Positions 30,425-39,330 of a stretch of DNA of 64,000 nucleotides are shown piece after piece; the first letter of the stretch is position 1, and each line of letters opens with the position of its first letter. A model generated the notes under the pieces. That model saw only the letters and a program-made list of their open reading frames with translations, ran no database searches and was not told the origin of the DNA. This DNA is from Verrucomicrobiia bacterium (GTDB taxonomy: Bacteria; Acidobacteriota; Polarisedimenticolia; Gp22-AA2), in the NCBI GenBank assembly GCA_035638075.1, contig DASRAU010000039.1, forward strand, positions 7,010-71,009, given 5' to 3'. The translations under genes were made by a program, and so were the position numbers.

Positions 30425-31546
30425 ATGTCATTCCTCGGTGACAGGACGTCGGTGGGTTGGATGGCAGCGCGCGGTTCCGTCCGGGCGCTGGTGGCCGTGG
30501 TGATGGTTTCGGCCCTGGCGGGGCTGGCGGGCTGCTCCAGCAACGCGCCCGGCTCGGCGCGCACGACCGAGGAGCTCCTCGGCCAGCTGCACGACGATCG
30601 CGAAGCGATCGATCACGCCTCGGACCAGATGATGCAGCGGATCGAGATCTTCAACTCGACCCGCAAGCCCGGCGAGGCGACCCTGCAGTTCGCCGAGCTC
30701 TTCGCCCAGGACCTGAACCCGGAGCAGAAGGACATCCTCAACAAGATGGTCGAGCAGGAGAAGGACGTCTCCTACAAGTCCCTCCTGACGAAGATCATCG
30801 ACGACCGGAACACCATCCGCGACCTGCAGGACAAGATGGCGCACGCGGAGCAGTCGCTGCCGGACCAGTTCGTCATCGCGAAGCGAGGCGACAAGCACCG
30901 GACGCTGGCGCTCCGTTACCTGACGCAGGAGGCGAAGCTCGACGAAGCCAAGGCGCGCGAGGTGATGCGGCAGTCGGACCAGACCGACGAGCTGGTGCCG
31001 GGGAACAAGGTGTGGTTCTTCTACAACCCGAAGGACGACAGCTTCCGCACCTACGTCACCCGCGGCGAGGCGCTGCAGACCCCCGTCATGGTGCGCCGCG
31101 CCCAGAAGAAGGAGCTCCTCGCCGAGCGTGACGGCGCCCGCACCGAGCGGGACGCCGCGCAGCAGCAGGCCGCCCGGAAGGAGCAGGAGCGCGCCGCGAT
31201 CGAGGCCGAGATGCACACCCGCGAGAACTCCGTCTACTACCACGCCGCCAGCAACACCAGCCTGAAGGAGAGCGGCGTCCTGAGCCCCATCACGAGCAAG
31301 ATCCAGGACGTCAAGACCATCGGCTACGACCAGTCGGTCGACCTGCGCAGCACGACCACGATCGATCTGGTGCCGGAGCGCTACGGCCTGCAGCAGATCC
31401 GCTCGATCCGGGTGCTGCCGAACATCTACCAGGAAGGGCGCGACTACAGGGTGGAGACGACCGACGACTACAAGAGCGCCCGCGTCGTGCTGCTCGATCC
31501 GGAGGTCTTCAAGGGGAAGGAGCTCCTGCTCGCCGTCAGCCGCTGA
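30425..31546 (+). CDS. Hypothetical lipoprotein with a charged coiled-coil segment
   Basis: Lipobox LAGC after a hydrophobic leader. Start ambiguous among three Met codons (30398, 30425 or 30461). No known domain. Confidence 0.55.
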   Translation: MSFLGDRTSVGWMAARGSVRALVAVVMVSALAGLAGCSSNAPGSARTTEELLGQLHDDREAIDHASDQMMQRIEIFNSTRKPGEATLQFAELFAQDLNPEQKDILNKMVEQEKDVSYKSLLTKIIDDRNTIRDLQDKMAHAEQSLPDQFVIAKRGDKHRTLALRYLTQEAKLDEAKAREVMRQSDQTDELVPGNKVWFFYNPKDDSFRTYVTRGEALQTPVMVRRAQKKELLAERDGARTERDAAQQQAARKEQERAAIEAEMHTRENSVYYHAASNTSLKESGVLSPITSKIQDVKTIGYDQSVDLRSTTTIDLVPERYGLQQIRSIRVLPNIYQEGRDYRVETTDDYKSARVVLLDPEVFKGKELLLAVSR

Positions 31547-31559
31547 GGCGGGACGGCGC

Positions 31560-31588
31560 GGACCCCGGCGGCGCCGCCGCCGGGGTCC
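31560..31588. terminator. GC-rich 14-bp-stem hairpin between convergent genes (bidirectional terminator candidate)
   Basis: GGACCCCGGCGGCG-c-CGCCGCCGGGGTCC is a perfect inverted repeat. It sits between the + gene ending at 31546 and the – gene ending at 31595. Confidence 0.5.
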
Positions 31589-31594
31589 CGTGCG

Positions 31595-32047
31595 TCAGTC
31601 GGCGGGTGGATAGGCCTTGTCGAGCAGGTCCAGGACGATCGGCCAGGCCTGCTCGTGCCGGCGCATCAGCTCGTCGTCCGGGAAACCGGCGTGCGTCAGC
31701 CGCAGCCGCGTGCCCCGCCCGTTGGGGACGAGGTTGACGGTGATCACCGTCTCCGCGCCGCGCGTGCCGCCCGCGGTGATCCAGGTCAGCTCCACCAGCC
31801 GGTCCGGATCCAGCTTGAGGAAGCGCCCGTAGTGCGGGTGGCGCTCCCCCTGCATCATCGTTTCGAAGAAGAACGGCTCGTCCACCATCGGCCGCATCAT
31901 CACGGTCCCGGGCGCCGCGAACCAGCGTTCGAACTGCTCGGTCCAGGCGCGGAACAGCTCGTGGGGCGCCGCCGCCATCGCACGCTCGACCGTCAGCCGG
32001 TGCGGCCGCTCGGTCAGATCGGGAATCGTCATCGCCTGCATCCTCAT
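31595..32047 (-). CDS. SRPBCC superfamily protein (AHSA1-like / polyketide cyclase-like)
   Basis: About 150 aa with AHSA1-family features ([14 protein letters not shown]...LTWITAGG). Confidence 0.7.
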   Translation of the reverse strand: MRMQAMTIPDLTERPHRLTVERAMAAAPHELFRAWTEQFERWFAAPGTVMMRPMVDEPFFFETMMQGERHPHYGRFLKLDPDRLVELTWITAGGTRGAETVITVNLVPNGRGTRLRLTHAGFPDDELMRRHEQAWPIVLDLLDKAYPPAD

Positions 32048-32229
32048 GCCTCCGGGAGAGGGCGGTTCACATCGACGAGGATGATACCCCGCCGCGGATC
32101 GCGCCAATCAGGGTTGTCCCGACAGGATCGCGACGAGTTTTTCCGGCTCGTCCAACCGCAGGGTCCGGGTTAGTCTTGTCCCCGACCCACCATCGCATCG
32201 TCGCGACGGAGAGGCGCGGGAGATGGGAC

Positions 32230-32877
32230 ATGAAGATCGGCGTGCTCGGATCCGGAGAGGTCGCGAAGACCCTCGGGGCGGGGTTTCTCAAGAAGGGTCA
32301 CGAGGTGATGATGGGCACGCGCGAGCCGGCGAAGCTGCGCGACTGGCAGGCGGGCCACCCGGCGGCGAAAACCGGCGGCTTCGACGAGGCGGCCCGCTTC
32401 GGCGAGGTCGTCGTACTCGCGGTGAAGGGAACCGCCGCCTCGAAGGCGCTGCGCGCCGCGGGGCCGGAGAATCTCCCGGGCAAGGTGGTCGTGGACGTCA
32501 CCAATCCGATCCGCGATGACCGCCCGCCGACGAACGGCGTGCTCCCCTTCTTCACCACGCTCGACGAATCCCTCATGGAGCGGCTGCAGAAGGAGATCCC
32601 CGAGGCGCGCTTCGTCAAGGCCTTCAACTCGGTCGGCAGCGCCCTCATGGTGGACCCGAAGCTCAAGGGTGGCGCGCCGAGCATGTTCATCTGCGGCAAC
32701 GACGACGGCGCCAAGACCACCGTCACGCGTCTCGTGCAGCAGTTCGGCTGGGAGACCGTGGACATGGGGAAGGCCGAGGCCGCGCGCGCCATCGAGCCGC
32801 TCTGCATGCTCTGGTGCATCCCGGGCTTCCTGCGCAACGACTGGACGCACGCCTTCAAGCTGCTGCGGACCGAGTGA
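32230..32877 (+). CDS. NADP-dependent oxidoreductase of the F420-dependent NADP reductase (F420_oxidored / NpdG-like) family
   Basis: MKIGVLGSGEVAKTLGAGFLKKGHEV Rossmann motif and overall architecture of pfam03807. Confidence 0.78.
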   Translation: MKIGVLGSGEVAKTLGAGFLKKGHEVMMGTREPAKLRDWQAGHPAAKTGGFDEAARFGEVVVLAVKGTAASKALRAAGPENLPGKVVVDVTNPIRDDRPPTNGVLPFFTTLDESLMERLQKEIPEARFVKAFNSVGSALMVDPKLKGGAPSMFICGNDDGAKTTVTRLVQQFGWETVDMGKAEAARAIEPLCMLWCIPGFLRNDWTHAFKLLRTE

Positions 32878-33285
32878 TCAGAGTCCCTTGATCTCGACCG
32901 CGGGCTGGACCTGCTTCAGCTCCGCCAGGAACTGGTGGAACTGATCGAACGGGCCGGCCAGGGTGACCGATCCCGCCTGGTGGCGGATGACGATGCGCTG
33001 CCAGCGTCCGGGGAGGGCCCGCACCGAGAGAATCTCCCGGGCGTGCAGGCGGACGCGCTGCACCCAGGAGATGAACTCCACGTCGTCGTTCTCGTGCACC
33101 TCGATCTCCCGCACCGCCGTGCAGAGCCGGTAGCCGTTGACCACCAGGGCGAAGAGCCAGACCGCCGCGAAGACGGTCTCGAAGGCGGAGCCCTGATCGC
33201 CCGGCTGGCGCGCGGCCAGCACCCAGACGCCGAGACCGGCCAGCAGGATGAGGATCAGCGCCGAGAACGGCGCCGTCCAGGACAT
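32878..33285 (-). CDS. Small membrane protein (hypothetical)
   Basis: N-terminal TM hairpin followed by a ~80-aa soluble domain. No known family. Confidence 0.45.
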   Translation of the reverse strand: MSWTAPFSALILILLAGLGVWVLAARQPGDQGSAFETVFAAVWLFALVVNGYRLCTAVREIEVHENDDVEFISWVQRVRLHAREILSVRALPGRWQRIVIRHQAGSVTLAGPFDQFHQFLAELKQVQPAVEIKGL

Positions 33286-33355
33286 CGCGAGCCGATACCG
33301 GGCGATGGTCACGTGGCGCATTGTAGCGGGACTGTCGCCGGCCCCGCGCGGGCCG

Positions 33356-35821
33356 TCAGGCGAGCGCGCCGTGATGGGGCGGCCGCCCGCCGCGCGGAAC
33401 CAGGGGGACGACGCGGTCGCGCGGCGGCAGCGCGTCGAGCAGCGCCAGGAGATCGCCCGGATCCACCGGTTTGACGAGGTGCCGGGCGAACCCCGCCTCT
33501 TCGCTGCGGTGCCGGTCGTGCTCCTGCCCCCAGCCGGTGACCGCGATCATCACCATGTCGCGTCCCCACGGCTGCTGGCGGATGCGGCGGCAGGCGTCGT
33601 AGCCGTTGAGCCGCGGCATGCCGATGTCGAGGAGCACCACGTCCGGGCGGACGCGCTCCGCCGCGGCGATGCCCTCTTCGCCGTCGAAGGCGATGTGGAC
33701 CTCGTGCCCGACGAACCCGAGGAGCCGCGCCAGGCTCTCGGCGTTGTCCTTGAGATCGTCCACGATCAGCACCCGGCGCTTCGCCGGGATCGTGGCCGGC
33801 CGCAGGACGCTCGCGGGCCGGGGCTCCGCCGATGCGGCGGCCGCGGCCGCCCGCGGCAGGCGGACAACGAACGTGCTGCCGCGCGCCAGGCCGGCGCTGC
33901 GCGCCTCGATGCTCCCGCCGTGCAGCTCCACGAGGGAGCGCGCCAGCGCCAGCCCCACCCCCAGGCCGAGCCGGGACCGTTCGCGGGACGCCTCCCCCTG
34001 GGAGAACATGTCGAAGATGCGCGGCAGCATCTCCGGCGCGATGCCGACGCCGGTGTCCGACACGGCGACCACGACCTGCGTCCCGGAGATCTCGCACTGC
34101 ACGCGGATGCGCCCTCCCTCCGGGGTGTAGCGCGCGGCGTTGTTGAGCAGGTTCAGGAACACCTGCGCCAGGCGCGCCGGATCGCCGTCCACCTGCACCG
34201 GCTCCTCCGGCAGGACCACCTCGAGCGCGTGCCGCGCTTCGGCGATGAGCGGCCGGCTGGTCTCGACCGCGTTCTGGAGGATCTCCCGCAGCGGCACCCT
34301 CGCGCGACGCAGATCGAACCGGTTGCGGCTGATGCGGCTGACGTCGAGCAGGTCGTCGAGCAGCCGCGCCATCTGCGCCACCTGCCGCTCGATCACCTCC
34401 CGTCCCCACGTCAGGTCGGGCTCGCGCGGCGCCTTCGCCTTGAAGATCTGCACCGCGTTGCGAATCGGCGCGAGCGGGTTGCGCAGCTCGTGGGCGAGGG
34501 TGGCCAGGAACTCGTCCTTGCAGCGGTCCGCGCTCTTCATCTCCGCCTCGTGGCGGAACCGGCCGATGAGGTCGGCGGTGTGCCGCGCCACCAGGTCGAG
34601 CAGACGCGCGTCCCGCTCCGACGCCAGGTGCGGTTGACGAAAGTGCGTCGAGAGCATCCCCAGGATGCTGCCGTCGGCGGCCTTCAGCGGCGTCGACTGC
34701 ACCGCCCGGATGCCGGCCGCGAGCATGACGGCGCGGTGCGGCTCGAACTCCGGGTCCCCGCCGACGTCCTCGACGTGCAGCCGCTCCCCCTGCGCCAGCG
34801 CCCGCGCGCAGGCCGAGCCCTCGCCGACGGCGACGTCCGCGAAGTGGTCGAGGAACTCCGGTCTCAGGCCGCGCTGCGCCGCGATGCGCAGGTGCCCGGT
34901 CGCGGCATCGAGGATCTGCACGTTGCCGCAGTCGGCGCCGCTGATGGCGATGGCCCCTTCGAGGACGTCGTCGAGCGCCGCCTCGAGGCTCTTCGCCGAC
35001 AGGAGCCGCGTGCTCAGCGCGTGCAGGTGGCGCATCGCCTCGAGCTCGGCGGCGAGCCGGCGGCCGCTCTCTGCCGCCGCGGCCAGCGCCTCCCGACGCT
35101 CGGTCACGTCGATGCCGGTCCCGACGTGCCCGAGGAAGCGGGATCGTTCCAGGCGGGGACGTCCGGACAGCTCGAACCAGCGGGTCGCGCCGTCCCGCCC
35201 GCGCAGCCGCGCCTCGTGCCGGAACGCGCCGCGCGTTGCGAGTGCCGTGCGCACGGCCGCGTCCCACCCGGCCCGATCCTCCGGATGGAGGAGGCGGTCC
35301 CACGCGTCATGCTCTGCGGAGCCCGGGTCGGCGCCGCTGCGGTACGGCGCATTGACCAGCACGCAACGGCCGGTCTCGTCGGTCATCCAGATCAGGACCG
35401 GCGCGGCGTCAGCCAGGGTGCGGAAGCGGGCTTCGCTCTCCTCGAAGCGCGCGCCGTGGCGTTCCGCCTCGCGGCGCGCCTCGTCGGCGCGGCGCCCCTC
35501 GCGGCGCATCGCCTCGCCGAAGCCGATGACGATCGCGGCGGTGATGCAATAGAGCGTCAGCGCCAGCAGACCGCCGGGAAGTCCCTGCGCCAGGGTGCCC
35601 CGCGGACTGACGAACAGCCAGGTCGCGGGCGCGTAGCCGAGGAGCGCGATGACGATCGCCGGACGCGCCCCGCCGACCCAGACCGCGAGCGCGATGGCGG
35701 CGTAGAGAGTCGAAAAAGGGTGCGCGTCCCCGATCCACGGATCGATGACGCCGCGCAGGAACAGGGCCGCGAACAGAGCGGCCAGCGAAGCCGTGTAAAC
35801 GCTCATCCGGTCACGGGTCAT
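33356..35821 (-). CDS. Hybrid sensor histidine kinase (TM–PAS–GAF–HisKA–HATPase_c–REC)
   Basis: Start at MTRDRMSVYT. Four TM helices, H-box FLATLAHELRNPLAPIRN, G-boxes, and a C-terminal receiver with DIGMP and TGWGQEHDRHRS. Confidence 0.9.
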   Translation of the reverse strand: MTRDRMSVYTASLAALFAALFLRGVIDPWIGDAHPFSTLYAAIALAVWVGGARPAIVIALLGYAPATWLFVSPRGTLAQGLPGGLLALTLYCITAAIVIGFGEAMRREGRRADEARREAERHGARFEESEARFRTLADAAPVLIWMTDETGRCVLVNAPYRSGADPGSAEHDAWDRLLHPEDRAGWDAAVRTALATRGAFRHEARLRGRDGATRWFELSGRPRLERSRFLGHVGTGIDVTERREALAAAAESGRRLAAELEAMRHLHALSTRLLSAKSLEAALDDVLEGAIAISGADCGNVQILDAATGHLRIAAQRGLRPEFLDHFADVAVGEGSACARALAQGERLHVEDVGGDPEFEPHRAVMLAAGIRAVQSTPLKAADGSILGMLSTHFRQPHLASERDARLLDLVARHTADLIGRFRHEAEMKSADRCKDEFLATLAHELRNPLAPIRNAVQIFKAKAPREPDLTWGREVIERQVAQMARLLDDLLDVSRISRNRFDLRRARVPLREILQNAVETSRPLIAEARHALEVVLPEEPVQVDGDPARLAQVFLNLLNNAARYTPEGGRIRVQCEISGTQVVVAVSDTGVGIAPEMLPRIFDMFSQGEASRERSRLGLGVGLALARSLVELHGGSIEARSAGLARGSTFVVRLPRAAAAAASAEPRPASVLRPATIPAKRRVLIVDDLKDNAESLARLLGFVGHEVHIAFDGEEGIAAAERVRPDVVLLDIGMPRLNGYDACRRIRQQPWGRDMVMIAVTGWGQEHDRHRSEEAGFARHLVKPVDPGDLLALLDALPPRDRVVPLVPRGGRPPHHGALA

Positions 35822-36201
35822 GAGATCTCGCCCCGTTTCGACCCTGGCGCCCGACCGGGTCGATGCGTTGCCGACCGCGAATGCAGTTGATACGTTGCGA
35901 GGGATTATAGGAAGGGTCAGTCGGACAGGGTCGTCCGGAATTACACGTAGAAAATCAGATTCTCCGGATCGCGCCCTGCGCACGCGCCGCCGATGCGGAA
36001 ATGACATTGCATCCGGACTCCTCGGTCCGGCGCCGCCGAGCGCCGCGACGCGCGCGTCCGCACGATGCGAAACGTTCCCGCATCTGAACGCCGTCCGAAA
36101 GCGGGACGCGGTGCGGCCTCCGCGTCGGGCATCACGCCGTGCTGCGCGTCACCGAAGTCTTGGAAACATCATCCCGCCGTCCTGCGTTGAGTGATGCTGT
36201 C

Positions 36202-36663
36202 ATGACAAGAGCCGGCGTCGTCATGATCCTCGCGATCCTCGCGGCCTCGATCGCCTGCCAGGCCAGGCCCCAGGCGAACCTCGACGCCGTCGAAGTGCGC
36301 ATGGTGGCACACGACACGACCTGGCAGGCGACTTATCTCCTCGCGGAGACGCACGGCGTCGCCGAGATCCCCACCGGACGCGAAGTGCACGTACCGGTCG
36401 GGGCCGAGGTCGTGCTGGCGCTCGCCAGCCGCGACTACATCAGTGATTTCACCCTGCCGGCGCTCGGGCTGCGCGATTTCGCCGCGCCCGGATTGCCTTC
36501 GGAGTTCCGCTTCGTCGCCGCGCGTCCGGGGCGCTATGCGCTGCGCGGCGACGAATTGTGCGGCCGGCCGCACGACGACCGCTCGCGCGGCTGGCTCGTC
36601 GTCGAGGATCCCGCTTCCTATCGCGCCTGGGTCGATCGGCGGACCCGGGCGGTGCTCGGTTGA
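36202..36663 (+). CDS. CoxB-like (cytochrome c oxidase subunit II-type) cupredoxin domain protein with a degenerate CuA site
   Basis: EVHVPVGAEVVLALASRDYISDFTLPALGL...GRYALRGDELCGRPHDD aligns to the COX2 region ...HSFWVPALG...GQCSELCGxxHxxM, but keeps only one Cys and one His. Signal/TM leader present. Track ORF 36139..36663. Confidence 0.6.
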   Translation: MTRAGVVMILAILAASIACQARPQANLDAVEVRMVAHDTTWQATYLLAETHGVAEIPTGREVHVPVGAEVVLALASRDYISDFTLPALGLRDFAAPGLPSEFRFVAARPGRYALRGDELCGRPHDDRSRGWLVVEDPASYRAWVDRRTRAVLG

Positions 36664-36764
36664 GCCGCCGGAAAAGAGGCGGCGAAACGCGTCCCGCGCC
36701 GGGACCTCCCGCTCGACCGCCGGCCTCGCCCCGTCCGGGGCGGCGTCTCGCCGGAACCCTGGTC

Positions 36765-39275
36765 ATGGCCGGTCTCCTGACGCTCGCGGTCGTCGTGGTG
36801 CTTCTGCGGGAGTACAACTGGCTCGGCGCCGCCGACCGGGACGACCGGCTGGTCAGTGCGGCCGCGGCCCAGGTGGGCCGAACGCGCGTTCTCATCCGCC
36901 TTCCCGAATTCGTTCTGGAGAACGCGCAGGGCGATTCGTCCGGACTTCTGGACCTGCGCGGGACGGTCTGGATCGCCGACTTCATCTTCACGCGCTGCGC
37001 CGGCACCTGCCCGATGATCACCGCCCGGATGGCCGGGCTCGCCGCAGCGTGCGCGTCCGACCCGGCCCTGAAGGACGTCCGCTTCGTCTCCATCAGCGTG
37101 GACCCGGAGTACGACCGCCCCGAGGTGCTTCGCGACTACGCCGAGCGCGTGCACGCCGATCCCGCGCGCTGGAGTTTCCTGACGGGCACGCGCGCCGCGG
37201 TGCGGGGTCTCGTGCGCGACGGCTTCAAGCTGCCGGTCGAAGACCAGGACGACAAGGCCATGCCCATCATGCACAGCCAGAGCTTCGTCCTCGTCGATCG
37301 GCAGGGTGGCGTGCGGAGCCTCGTCGATCCTCTCGGCGACCACGGGCTCGACGATGTGACGAAGGCGCTCCAGGCGATCGCCGCGGAGCCAAAGGTGGCC
37401 GACCTGCACTTCCCCGAGGATGCCGGCGATCCGCACTGGTACGAAGCGCGCCGCAACGAGCAGCAGGCGGCGGCGAACGGTCTGCGGGCGCCGCACGCCT
37501 TCCGGTTCACCGACCGGCTCGGGGCCGCGGGAATCCCGTTTCTCAACAAGGCCAGCGAGGACATCACCCGCTACTTCCGCCCGACCCACTACGACCACGG
37601 CACGGCGGTGGCGGCCGCCGACGTGGACGGCGATGGCCGCACGGACCTCTACTTCGTCAACCAGGCGGGACCGAACGGGCTCTACCGCAACCTCGGCGAC
37701 GGGCGGTTCGAGGACATCACCGCGACCGCCGGTGTCGCGGTCGGCGACCGCGCCTGTGTCGGGGCGTCCTTCGCCGACATCGACGGCGACGGAGACCCCG
37801 ACCTCTACGTCACCGCGGTCCGCGCCGGCAACCTGCTCTTCCGCAACGACGGGGGTGGACGCTTCACGGACATCACCACTTCAGCGGGCGTTGGCGGGCA
37901 CGGCGAGCACGCCTCCGGGGCGGTCTTCTTCGACGCCGACGGCGACGGGGACCTCGATCTCTTCGTCACCAGCGTCGGACGCTACACCGGCGAGGAGCGG
38001 CGCGCCGACGGGCTGTGGGTCTCCTTCCCCGACTCGTTCGCCGGACACCTGCACCCGGACCGCGGCGAAGCCTCATTGTTCTTCCGCAACCTCGGGGAGG
38101 GACGCTTCGAGGACGGCGCGCAGGACTCCGGACTGAAGCACGCCGCCTGGTCGGGAGACGCCATCCCGTTCGACGACGACGCCGACGGCCGGACCGATCT
38201 CTACGTTCTCTCGATGCAGGGGCACGACGAGCTGTGGCGCAACCTCGGGGGCGGGCGCTTCGAGCGGCGCGGGCGGCAGGTCTTCCCCGCCACGCCGTGG
38301 GGTTCGATGGGGGCGGCGGTGCTCGACTGGAACGGCGACGGCCGGCTCGACCTGTTCGTGACCGACATGCACACCGACATGGCGGGCGAGCTGCGCCCGG
38401 AGGACGAGCGCCGCAAGCACGACTGGGCCGCCATGTTCCCGCCGCGCTTCCTCGGGACCGACGGCAACCACGTCCTCGGCAACGCGCTGTTCACCGCCGA
38501 GGGAGGCGATCGCTTCACAGAGCAGTCGGACGCGGCCAACGCCGAGACCGGCTGGCCGTGGGGTCCGAGCGCCGCGGATCTCAACGCCGACGGCTGGACC
38601 GACCTCTTCGTGGCCGCCGGCATGAACTTCCCGCACCGCTACCACGGCAACGACGTGCTGCTCAACGAGCAGGGACGCCGGTTCGTCAACGCGGAGTTCC
38701 TGCTCGGTGTCGAGCCGCGGGAGAGCCGCGTGCGACCGTGGTTCACGCTCGACTGCGACGGGGCGGATGCCGGGCACCCCATCTGCCGCGGCGAGTCGGT
38801 GGCGGCGATGTCGCTCGATGGACAGGCGACGGCGGTCGCGCCCGGGCGGGCCGCGCTGCACGGCCCGGTCACCGTCTGGGCCGCGCGCGCCAGCCGGTCG
38901 AGCGTCGTCTTCGATCTCGACGGCGACGGCGACCTCGACGTCGTCACCAATGACTACGGCGACGTGCCCCAGGTCCTGGTCAGCGACCTGGCGCAGCGCG
39001 GTCCCGTCCGCTTCGTGACGGTGCGCCTGCAGGGGCGCGGGGCGAACCGCGATGGGCTCGGTGCGGTCGTGGCGCTCCGAGCCTCCGGCCGCACGCAACG
39101 CCAGGCGCTGAACGGCAAGTCCGGGTACCTTTCGCAGAGCAGCCTGCCGCTCTATTTCGGCCTCGGCGAGGCGGCGAGCGCCGAGTCGGTCACCGTCACC
39201 TGGCCGGGGGGCCAGACGCAGACGGTGCGCGGCCCGATCCGCTCCGGCACGCACCTCGTCATCCGCCAGCCGTAA
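36765..39275 (+). CDS. Fusion protein: N-terminal SCO1/SenC copper chaperone domain + FG-GAP/ASPIC (CRTAC1-like) beta-propeller with C-terminal UnbV_ASPIC domain
   Basis: TM anchor MAGLLTLAVVVVLL. SCO1 motifs FIFTRCAGTCP (CxxxC) and the conserved His in PIMHSQSFVLVD. Then repeated DxDGDGxxDLYV FG-GAP units, and GYLSQSSLPLYFGLG...VTVTWPGG (UnbV_ASPIC). The track ORF 36558..39275 upstream extension is Arg/Pro junk. Confidence 0.8.
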   Translation: MAGLLTLAVVVVLLREYNWLGAADRDDRLVSAAAAQVGRTRVLIRLPEFVLENAQGDSSGLLDLRGTVWIADFIFTRCAGTCPMITARMAGLAAACASDPALKDVRFVSISVDPEYDRPEVLRDYAERVHADPARWSFLTGTRAAVRGLVRDGFKLPVEDQDDKAMPIMHSQSFVLVDRQGGVRSLVDPLGDHGLDDVTKALQAIAAEPKVADLHFPEDAGDPHWYEARRNEQQAAANGLRAPHAFRFTDRLGAAGIPFLNKASEDITRYFRPTHYDHGTAVAAADVDGDGRTDLYFVNQAGPNGLYRNLGDGRFEDITATAGVAVGDRACVGASFADIDGDGDPDLYVTAVRAGNLLFRNDGGGRFTDITTSAGVGGHGEHASGAVFFDADGDGDLDLFVTSVGRYTGEERRADGLWVSFPDSFAGHLHPDRGEASLFFRNLGEGRFEDGAQDSGLKHAAWSGDAIPFDDDADGRTDLYVLSMQGHDELWRNLGGGRFERRGRQVFPATPWGSMGAAVLDWNGDGRLDLFVTDMHTDMAGELRPEDERRKHDWAAMFPPRFLGTDGNHVLGNALFTAEGGDRFTEQSDAANAETGWPWGPSAADLNADGWTDLFVAAGMNFPHRYHGNDVLLNEQGRRFVNAEFLLGVEPRESRVRPWFTLDCDGADAGHPICRGESVAAMSLDGQATAVAPGRAALHGPVTVWAARASRSSVVFDLDGDGDLDVVTNDYGDVPQVLVSDLAQRGPVRFVTVRLQGRGANRDGLGAVVALRASGRTQRQALNGKSGYLSQSSLPLYFGLGEAASAESVTVTWPGGQTQTVRGPIRSGTHLVIRQP

Positions 39276-39330
39276 AGCTCGCCCGCCGTGCATCGGCCCG
39301 GCGCGCCGGTCGTCGCGGCGGCGCGCGACG

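Noticed and set aside
33248-35890. ORFs 33248..35890 + and 33309..35303 - overlapping the first hybrid kinase
   Set aside because: Shadow frames. The true gene 33356..35821 carries the H-box, G-boxes and receiver motifs.
36443-38953. 836-aa + ORF shifted relative to the SCO1–ASPIC gene
   Set aside because: It is out of frame with the SCO1 CxxxC and FG-GAP motifs and gives an Arg/Gly/Pro-rich product.
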